A DNA stretch of 63,518 bases, filler included, from Bonamia ostreae (taxonomy: Eukaryota): the NCBI GenBank assembly GCA_040357525.1. It is 56 parts of 56 records of this genome, joined end to end, with 100 filler letters (N's around TTAATTAATTAA, not from the genome) between each part and the next. Parts side by side here need not be neighbours in the genome. Positions count along the whole stretch, not along the records: positions 53,440 to 54,471 come from JBDODL010002962.1; positions 54,572 to 55,603 come from JBDODL010002963.1; positions 55,704 to 56,735 come from JBDODL010002964.1; positions 56,836 to 57,867 come from JBDODL010002965.1; positions 57,968 to 58,998 come from JBDODL010002966.1; positions 59,099 to 60,128 come from JBDODL010002967.1; positions 60,229 to 61,258 come from JBDODL010002968.1; positions 61,359 to 62,388 come from JBDODL010002969.1; 48 more parts are not named here. The stretch is one strand, 5' to 3'. The notes below the pieces were generated by a model. That model was given only the letters and a program-made list of their open reading frames with translations, did not search any database and was not told where the DNA came from. Positions 53,981 to 63,518 of this stretch are shown here, one piece after another (positions within the stretch are counted from its first letter, which is position 1; every line of letters begins with the position of its first letter). A program made the translations under genes and the position numbers.

Positions 53981-54246
53981 ATGGTTGCGCTAACTCAATA
54001 CAGAAAAACGATTAAAGGGCTGCCAAAAATCGATTATAAAGCAGATTATAAAAACATAAATATTGCCGCTGAAGATTTAGTGTCATTATCGATTTTCGGA
54101 AAATCCGAAAATCGGCTTTTAGACTTTCATAGATATTTCAATATTGAAAACAAAAAAGTCGTTTTGACTCCTTTTGATACCGAAAATAGCGAAACCTCTT
54201 TTTTGAGACACAATTTGAGAATTAAGACGATCCACGGAATGCAAAA
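53981..54246 (+). CDS. Uncharacterised protist gene, first exon, head-to-head with the BPNT1-like gene
   Basis: ATG-initiated ~90-codon frame followed by a repeat-filled region (54262-54471). Confidence 0.45.
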
Positions 54247-55799
54247 CGTCTAAACTTAACGAACGCAAAAAATAAATTTCAATAAAAAAACTAAAAAATA
54301 TAAATTTCAATAACAAACGCAAAAAAAAATAAATTTCGATAACAAACTCAAAAAATAAATTACAATAAAAAAACGCAAAAAATAAATTACAATAAAAAAA
54401 CGCAAAAAAATAAATTTCAATAACAAACGCAAAAAATAAATTACAATAAAAAAACGCAAAAAAATAAATTTNNNNNNNNNNNNNNNNNNNNNNNNNNNNN
54501 NNNNNNNNNNNNNNNTTAATTAATTAANNNNNNNNNNNNNNNNNNNNNNNNNNNNNNNNNNNNNNNNNNNNTTATCACTATTCGTTATCTATGACAGACT
54601 ACAATGCGAGCTACTATTCAATATTTTTGGCTTCATAATGTGAAATCAATAGATTCGATACGTTAGCTTCTTATAGGATGTTGTACAATGTATCAAATAA
54701 GTGACCGGGAGTTAATATTTATAGCTGGATTCATCTTACAAACAACCGATGAGATTATCTATCGTGGTCGGGAAAACTATCACTGATTGACACAACATTT
54801 CATCGGACTACGTAGTACTTCCTCTTGCACCGTCATTGACTTCTTCCGTGGCCTCAACCTAATGCAGGCGGATATAATCGACTTTATTTTTCCAATTTCT
54901 TATTTTTCAATGTAATGGTACACTTTGTACACAATGTGTTTTTTTTTAAGGATTTCGTATTGTCTTTGATTCAAAAGATTCATCAATTTACTACAGTGAA
55001 AATTCACGTTGACAAAAAGCACAACATAATTCAGGGTTAATTGTGAAATATGAGTGGAAGCGGTTAGATGAATTTTTGTTTAATCAAATGAAAATAAGCG
55101 TTTGTGAAAAAATGTACAGCAACCACACATCATATCATTAGGCAGATGTTTTGTTCGATCAGTAAAATTTGATTGTATGTATCCTTTTTGTGTACATTGA
55201 GCGTTTTGTTGCTCATTTTTGTTGAGACGGAGTTTGTTTAGGTCAGAAAAATGAAGAGTTTAGAGACTTTGTAGTTAATAAGGATAATGAGAACTTTGAG
55301 AAAGACGAGTGAGCTACAAAAAGAGAAACGAATAAAACTGAATCAGAGAACATTAAAAGAGACACAAAGTCGTACAGCTATAGAAAATCGAAGTAAGCTT
55401 TTGAAAAGTTTAGCTCGTGAAGTCAAGTTTCAAGACATTTTGCTAAACTTCGAAAACTACCTCTACATGTATTTGAAGAGAAAACAGAATACATTGACTC
55501 ATAATTACAGAAATTCGCAACAATGGGAGGATTATATATTGGCAACACAGCAGTATCTTCTTGCTTTTTACTACGGTTATCGAGTGTTCAAGCTGTTTAT
55601 GTTNNNNNNNNNNNNNNNNNNNNNNNNNNNNNNNNNNNNNNNNNNNNTTAATTAATTAANNNNNNNNNNNNNNNNNNNNNNNNNNNNNNNNNNNNNNNNN
55701 NNNAATTTGACAATTATAAAAAACGACATTTTATTGCAAATTTTTGCACCGCTCAAAATATAAATTTTAACAATTATTTACAACTTTTGATATTTAAAA

Positions 55800-56121
55800 G
55801 TACTTGGAAAAGGCGAATTTACTCGATAACATGTTACGAGGATCGGCAATCTTTACAGCCGTTGGAATATTCTTTACAATAATATCGTACGCTTGCAACA
55901 AATATTCTTGTCTCTGGATCACAACCATTCCGGTTGTTCTGTTTGTGCTTGTTTTAACGGGACTTTTGGAAATGATATTGTTCAACGCCATTTTGAAGAA
56001 AATCGGTTTTGGTGTTGAGAGAGGGATCAATTTTTACGTTTTCGTTTGTGTCGGGATATTTATGACAGTTCCAGCAATATTTGAATGCTGTTTGAGCAGA
56101 GTTAAGAAACCAGTACATTAA
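55800..56121 (+). CDS. Small multi-pass membrane protein, last exon
   Basis: Three hydrophobic segments; upstream AAAAG acceptor. Confidence 0.5.
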
Positions 56122-56344
56122 ATAATTGTACATTAAATTTTATTCTGTGATTTTATTTTTGCCAGAAAATATTAAATGGTTGAAAATAATTTTTCTTCAA
56201 AGATTTTCGTCGTTCTTAAAATTTTATTGTTTGCAAATATTTTCGTCGTTCTTAAAATTTAAATGGCGTAAAAATATCTCGCAAAATGATTTGTCGCCTA
56301 AAACAGAAAAATTCAATTTATACGAACAGCTTAAAATTTCAAAA

Positions 56345-56638
56345 ATGGCCGAATCGGACATCGAAAAAAAGTTCAAAAAAGCGGAAGAACATGTTCGAAA
56401 TCTTCCGAAAAGCGGTCCTTTTAGTCCGTCGCGCGAACAAAAGCTGAAAATGTACTCGTTTTTTAAGCAAGCAACTATCGGCGATAACAAAGAAAAGAAG
56501 CCGTGGGCCATTCAAATCGAAAAGTCGTTGAAATGGGGCGCGTGGAAAAAATTGGAAGGAATGGATAAGGAAAAAGCGATGGAACAATATGTTCTTCTCT
56601 TGAAGCAATTGGATCCAGATTTTGCAGTAAATAATTGA
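56345..56638 (+). CDS. ACBP: Acyl-CoA-binding protein, 97 aa, complete
   Basis: FKKAEEHVRNLP..KLKMYSFFKQATIGD..KP..KWGAWKKLEGMDKEKAMEQYV; likely start is the ATG at 56345. Confidence 0.95.
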   Translation: MAESDIEKKFKKAEEHVRNLPKSGPFSPSREQKLKMYSFFKQATIGDNKEKKPWAIQIEKSLKWGAWKKLEGMDKEKAMEQYVLLLKQLDPDFAVNN

Positions 56639-58205
56639 AAAATTGTAATTTGAAAATTTGCTTTTTTGCAAAAAAAAATCGTTTTTAGTTTTTATTAAAT
56701 TTTCTGATTTTAGTTTGTTTTTGAAAATGAACTTCNNNNNNNNNNNNNNNNNNNNNNNNNNNNNNNNNNNNNNNNNNNNTTAATTAATTAANNNNNNNNN
56801 NNNNNNNNNNNNNNNNNNNNNNNNNNNNNNNNNNNAAATGTTAATCTTCGAAATTAAGACGTCTTCAGATCAATCAATCAAAAATTTAAAGATGGAACAT
56901 TTTCCTGTAAATATATATCGATAAAGTAAAACAATTTTGATGCTGATAAATATCAGATGTGTTTTTTGTTCTATATTGTTTCAACAGAAATGATAAATGT
57001 TGATGGAAAGTGTGTTGATATCAAAAGCACCCTTCCTTACAATTGGCTTTGAATATATTTCCTGCAACACTACGAATCCAAAATATTCTCTTTGGTGATA
57101 ATGATAGCTTATAATTATCAAATATTATGCAAGGACAAAACGATCCATTTTTNNNNNNNNNNAAATTTATCCTTTTGGGAATACACGTTCGTTTTCCAAA
57201 CATTACATTGGTCTACTTTTGGCATAAAAATATACAACATTTTCTCTTTGTGGGTAAGTCACACACAAACTTGAACATTGCATTTCACCGAATAAAGTAT
57301 GAAATAGAACAAATAGATTATTCGTATAGATGATAATGCAGACTTTTCATGCATTGATCAAATTATTTTTAAGTATCTCTTTAACATCAATTTTGAAACA
57401 TCATTGAATGATTAAGATATTTTACAATAAGATTAGTTTTCTATATCAGGGCATCGATTGTGAGTGATTAGCAGTCACTGTACCCCCTGCAATGTTATAC
57501 TGAATGTTTTTCGAATTATGTTTTATTTATATAGTTGATATGTAGAAAAAAAACTCCTAATTTCCGAATATTTCACAATCAGATAGATAAACTAAACTGT
57601 AATTCTGCACTATCAATTTAGGAACACGATGATATAGCTTTGAATATACGAGTAGATGTTCAATGACATTTTAGAGGTTTCAAAAAAAATCTTCGTCACA
57701 ATCTTCAAACCAGTATGCATCTAGACTTTGAACTGCTTCTTCTTCTGATATTGACCTCCATGAATCTGGGATTCTCGTAAATTCCTTTCCATGAAGCTTT
57801 TCAAATACATGGGAGAATTTCCCAGTTACCCATGTCCAATATTTTGAATTTGACATGTCAGTGCAAGNNNNNNNNNNNNNNNNNNNNNNNNNNNNNNNNN
57901 NNNNNNNNNNNTTAATTAATTAANNNNNNNNNNNNNNNNNNNNNNNNNNNNNNNNNNNNNNNNNNNNTCTTCGACTTCAGAATGGATTAGATTATTTCAT
58001 GCGTGACTGTGCAAGCGGATAACCGAGAGGGAGATCAGATGACCTAGTTTTATTTTCTAGAAGTTGTTCCAGCTTTTGCTTCTGGATTATCTCATCTTAC
58101 CCGTCGAGAATGTGAATCGTTTAGTGTCTATATGATACTATAGTTTAGCAATGTCATCGATACATTAATAGTACACACTCATGGTACATCGTCATCGATT
58201 CTTTT

Positions 58206-58272
58206 TGTAACGACATTACATACGTTTAAGAGCATGGTCATTGTAACGACATTACATACGTTTAAGAGCATG
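58206..58272. repeat. Local tandem duplication (31-nt identical core, 36-nt period), host
   Basis: TGTAACGACATTACATACGTTTAAGAGCATG occurs twice. Confidence 0.85.
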
Positions 58273-60655
58273 ATCAAAGGTTGTTCGAATTTGCTCAACT
58301 TTGTAACTAAGAGAGTTGTTATGTCTATGGTTTTATTTATGTTAACGCTATGATATTAGAATGGTAAAATGTAGATTAATCTCTCTCAGCTATATATATA
58401 TAACAAGTGCACCACAATGATGAATAATTCAAATGGCCTTTTAAAATTTGATTTAACAAAATAGTTTTAGATTCTCATCCCTGCCTGCCCTAGTATTTAC
58501 CGTGACCTATTTGCCTTTCTTATGCCCACCCGACCCTTCTCCAACTATAAAGAAATAAAAATGCAAGTATGATGCTACAACTGCATTTTGGTAAATTGAT
58601 TTGGTAGGGAAAATTCCCTAGCAGTCCTCATCGAGATATCCTCGTGAGAATCTCGTAAAATCTCGGTAAAATTCCTTATCGTTTTTGCACTTGTCGGAAA
58701 AACCCGAAAATGTGCGATTGGGAAAGACACGAGATCTAGATATTAAAGTAAATTTTTGATTTTACATTTACAGTTCTTTCCTTCTTGTTTAAAATTTTGA
58801 TACTTGATTTCTATTGTGGTATTTCTATGATAGTTTATAATTTCGATATAAAAACATTTATGTAGTGTTGCCTTACCATAGTTACTATCTTACATGTAAC
58901 CTGAGATTTAGTATTATCGTATGCCCTTTTCTAAGTATGTATTGTTCTTTGTTATAGTTTGTTTTGATTGTGTTACATTTAAGGACCTTGGGTGTAAGNN
59001 NNNNNNNNNNNNNNNNNNNNNNNNNNNNNNNNNNNNNNNNNNTTAATTAATTAANNNNNNNNNNNNNNNNNNNNNNNNNNNNNNNNNNNNNNNNNNNNCA
59101 GTTGCAAGAAACTAGGAAAACTGAGCTCCACGCGGGATTAATTCATAGAAAACGTATAGAAACAGCGAGGGTCAGTAAAGGGTATTTACAAAACCGATAA
59201 CTGATTGTGACAAACGGCATTGATTCGATTTAGTAAGGAGTGACATTTACTCACGTATATTAACAAGTAGGTGACATATTTTGCATTTCTGCAAATATCA
59301 AATTATACATTATTGTAGTATATAGAAATTTCAGTACAACTTGACAGTTTACATATTTACTAACATTCAGGTATAAATTGTGTCATTTTCATACTTCATA
59401 ACAATATTACCTATTCCTGTATACACTAATCATTAATGTTTTCTGTAAATTTTAGATTTCATGTAAAGTTCGTTTGTATTACGATCCTCAAGGTCCACCG
59501 GGTCCGTCCTCTGCTAAAAGTGACAGGTTTTTCGCTGGAATTGAGGTATAAACGGAATTTTATGAGTAAAATAATGCGTTTTTCTTTACTACTCCAACTT
59601 TCTTTCTTCAATAAACTTTGCGTTATTTAATTTCCAGCCTCTACAACGAACATACAATATCAAGAGAGGAAAAGGCGATAAAATTCAGTTGAGATTAACT
59701 GTACCATTTGGATGTTTTTATGCTGACCAAAACGATCCTGAACCAATTCCATGTAAACACTCAATAGTGCTTACCACTCCGGATTATTTAAAATGCACCC
59801 AAGGAATTTACGCCGTAGACATGTGTGGAAAACATGTAAGGAGTGAAAACTGGAACCAAACACAAATAATATCTGTTCAGCATAAAAACGACAATATGTA
59901 CGCTACTAAACATTCATTTGAAGTACACATGAAAACGAAAGTAAGATACCAAGGGGAACCATTCTGGGACGACGTTGAAATACCTACAATATATGTAAGT
60001 TTCATGTACAACATATCGTCATCATGTCCAACAAAGTTTTTAACCTTAAAAAAATGTTAATCATGATATGAAAAGAGTTTTACTCAACACAATTTCAAGT
60101 TCTTGGGTAATAATTTAATTCTTATTGTNNNNNNNNNNNNNNNNNNNNNNNNNNNNNNNNNNNNNNNNNNNNTTAATTAATTAANNNNNNNNNNNNNNNN
60201 NNNNNNNNNNNNNNNNNNNNNNNNNNNNCCCTATTTTCAACAGTACTTTCCAAGCGTTCAAGACAGTGCATGTGTAACGTATGATATGATTTTCTTACTT
60301 CAGTATCTATTATTACGCAAAATGAAAGGTTTAATAATAGTTGTTGTACACTCTTTGTGATAATCGATTCACATATCAGCATTGTGGGTTTACATGTACT
60401 TGATTTACAATATGATAGGCAATCCTCCAATCAAAATTTAAGTGAAATTGGGTTTGGCGAATTTAAATAATCCCATGGTAGCTGATCATTTGAAACTGTT
60501 GCCATCTTTAGCAACTGTGACATGCAGAAAAATCATAGATTGTATGCTTTACGTAATAACAAATGCAAATACATATACAATGTATAAGGTAATTTACTTT
60601 ATAGACGAAATAAGGTACGAAATTGACATTTTGATATTTTGAATGTATTTTATAG

Positions 60656-61258
60656 AGTCATTTCCCATGGACACTCCAGAGAGATGCCGGGAGCTCCGGG
60701 AGTTATATGATAAATTCAGTAGAATAAGGAGGGACATTAATGCAGAACATTGTAAAAAGCTCGACATGTTACACCCTCACTTTGATGATCAGGTTAAATT
60801 TCGCACACTGGATCTTGAAAGGAAATACGAATCGGTTGTTATTGCAGGTGTCAATTTCTTTTTTGTTTTCCTCTTTTCTCTCATACTCTGAAACATGAAA
60901 TGACCAGTCTTCAAAATGTTTCATTATGAGACAATATTCTCGGTACAGAGTTCATAATGTTTTTGGTCACCCCATCAGAAGTGCAGATCCTTACATGAAA
61001 TTTGTTCATATGGGTATGAAAACATCCTCTGTAAATTGTATTATAGGGGAGGCAAGTGCTGGCAAATCATCATTGATCAATGAACTGTTGGGGTTGAAAC
61101 TAGTTAAAGTTTCTAAAAAGTCAACGTCTGACACAATATATAGGGTGCACAAAGGTGAAGAATTGAGATTGATATGCACAAGTAAAGAGGGAAAAGAACT
61201 CCCAAACTCCACGTTTGGGAGTGAGGAATCCTTGAAATCAGCCTTGAAGAAAGTAGAC
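60656..61258 (+). CDS. Dynamin-like GTPase N-terminal exons, host
   Basis: Exon 60656-60847 (..SVVIAG) spliced to 61047 gives VVIAGEASAGKSSLINELLG..STSDTIYRV (G1/G2). Confidence 0.7.
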
Positions 61259-62019
61259 NNNNNNNNNNNNNNNNNNNNNNNNNNNNNNNNNNNNNNNNNN
61301 NNTTAATTAATTAANNNNNNNNNNNNNNNNNNNNNNNNNNNNNNNNNNNNNNNNNNNNCCCGAAAGATACTAACAACCCTCGCGGCTTTAAATTTTCAAT
61401 TCATATTTGATGGAATATAAGTATCAGCAGTATCAATCAAAATGAATTTCAACATTACAACGAATGTTCCCATATTCTCAGCACATTGTATTGACTACAC
61501 CTACCTGACTTTGTCTCACCATGAACAGATGTGTCTTTATCCTCAGGTGTATCCAAATTTTCCGCGTTATCTTCTTCTTTTCGGAAATTTGAATTGCATT
61601 CATCATTGAGTTTCTTCTCTACGAAATAAATTTAAACTGTACGCTTCAGGAACGATAAAGATTGTTTTATCGTGCATCCCAACATACAATAACCCTACTT
61701 TCTAAAATTAAAATGTCCAAAGTTCTATTATCGTAAAATGTCATTATTTCGTTAATCACATAAAATAGAATAAAGTTGGAAGTGATATCTTCTTCTCAAT
61801 CTGTCTTTTTTCCGATATACTTTAAAATCACGTGTGGACTCAGGAGAAGGGAGAGATGAACAGTGCATTCGGAAATTTAAATTTCTAAGATTTTCTTTTA
61901 TCCCATAAGTCTCCCTTTTTTCCAAAGTGGAGGTTTTTATGTTGATCATCTGATGTAAATCAAACTGACTGCCTTAAAATCACTTCGATGCAGTATTTCG
62001 AAGAAAAAACCGTCGACTT

Positions 62020-62310
62020 TGAAGAAATTCACTCGTCATTTCTTAAATTAGAAGGTTACTATAGGCGTTTTGTGAAAGGATTTCGTAATATATCATCGCT
62101 ATTGCACATGTTATCCCAGTAGTTTATACCCTTTGGGGAAAAATAGAGTCCGAATTTGATGTCGCATTCAATAATTTGAAAGTACTTTCTTTGTGTTATC
62201 CGATCTTAGATGTGGTTTACCAAGCAGCTATTTGTTCTAGAAACTGACGCCAGTATGCTAGGTCTAGGAGCCGTTTTATCGTAAGTCAAGTACAGAAAAC
62301 AGCATACCAT
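62020..62310 (+). mobile_element. Decayed Ty3/Gypsy pol fragment (RT thumb to RNase H)
   Basis: GYYRRFVKGF, AFNNLK and LFVLETDASMLGLGAVLS in broken frames. Confidence 0.85.
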
Positions 62311-62468
62311 CACTTACTCCCATAGACAAAGTGAAAAGAACATGCAGAATCAAAGATCACGGACACTGGAATTGTTATAATTAAACTGNNNNNNNNNNNN
62401 NNNNNNNNNNNNNNNNNNNNNNNNNNNNNNNNTTAATTAATTAANNNNNNNNNNNNNNNNNNNNNNNN

Positions 62469-62990
62469 NNNNNNNNNNNNNNNNNNNNGTCTCTACAATA
62501 TTTCGTTCAGCATATGAAGTTTTCTGGTTCCGCAATACGGCATTTGTTCATCTCTGGTATGTATCAATAAGTGTATCACATACGACGAATGGACTTTCCT
62601 CTAAGACGCTAGGTTCCAACATGGACGAGACACCATTGCATAAGTGCTGCTTTGCGGTCAGGTGAAAGAAAAGGTCTTTTTATGGGTCTTCTAGTCCTAT
62701 AGCCAAATGACTCTACTCGATTCCTCATTGTTCTTATTCAAAGCAAATAATGTGGTAATCATTTCCTTTTTTAAATTGAGCTATTGGTGAATTCATTTTG
62801 TCTAAATTGAGTATATTGTCCTCCCGAACAGACGTTCTAGGGGTCTTCAAGATCTTGCATTTTTGACGTCATTTGTTAACTGGTACTTCCTGATAATTCT
62901 ACAAATAGTTGAATTGCGATGACCAATTTGTCTCAATGACATAACTGCTTCCTTCATTTCAATACTCTGCCATCGGAATACACTTGAGAC
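62469..62990 (-). mobile_element. Decayed Tc1-like transposase
   Basis: RQIGHRNSTICRIIRKYQLTNDVKNARS, RTSVRED, RTMRNRVESFGYRTRRPIKRPFLS..QWC with stops and frameshifts. Confidence 0.8.
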
Positions 62991-63518
62991 CTGTTGAAAA
63001 CCCTTAATTTCGAAGTGCAAGGAAAGTTAACAAATTTCTCAAATTGTATGGGGTTAATGAAAAGCTAAAGCCTTGTGTACAAAACTCGCAATTCTTTTAT
63101 ACGTTTCTTGGCCAACAGAGTGAACAATAGAATATCTGTTTATTGTAAAAAGGGGGTAAAGACTGCGTTGTACTACTGAATTCGTTTTATGTCAAAATTG
63201 TTATCGAGGAGTAGCTTTGGTGTTGCATTACTTTTTCCGTGTATATAGATTTATGCACAGTAGTCTTAATCAAATCTCGCAAATATTATATACATGTATT
63301 CACTTTTAAGTACTAATAAGATAATGATAAATATTGATAAAACCATCACAAGTTGTAGGCCTATAACAATGAATATCAGTAAAATAATGATAAGAATCAC
63401 GATAATAGTTAACTTGCATCACAAATGTGTCTTTCTTTGTGAATTTATCAGCGGAAGCTTAAAATTGATATGTAACTAAGTTCATGCATGCATTTTCAAT
63501 AAAATAGCTTCATAGGTA

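Noticed and set aside
56126-56344. N-terminal extension on ACBP
   Set aside because: TTG-started AT-rich intergenic sequence; the ATG at 56345 gives a normal-length ACBP

Overview
This is not a contiguous locus. It is about 56 unrelated ~1.0 kb contigs in roughly decreasing length order, joined by an artificial N-run/TTAATTAATTAA/N-run spacer, so gene neighbourhood across spacers is meaningless. The contigs come from at least two eukaryotes. (A) A gene-dense, AT-rich protist with very short intergenic regions, a respiring mitochondrion (COX5B, TIM17, PARL-type rhomboid) and many 20-36 nt introns with an unusual GTT...AAG/TAG consensus; its longer introns are filled with minisatellites. (B) A gene-poor, repeat-rich animal that looks like an oyster (frequent TACATGTA, canonical GTAAGT/GTGAGT introns, decayed Tc1 and Gypsy, a dispersed retroelement tail, Cys-rich/D8C/EGF exons). 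The best inference is a haplosporidian-type oyster parasite (e.g. Bonamia) co-sequenced with its host; this is not proven. Manual splicing recovers genes absent from the ORF track: DPH3, a UBC4-type E2, a CK2-beta-like exon and a secreted GH18-like protein that appears catalytically dead. Other highlights: an intronless virus/phage tail-fibre-like contig with one in-frame stop, a 40-aa-repeat protein with a GPI-like tail, a RING-H2 with a Cys-to-Glu ligand swap, a Trl1-like kinase domain and an aberrant serpin. All family calls are by-eye motif recognition, not database searches.
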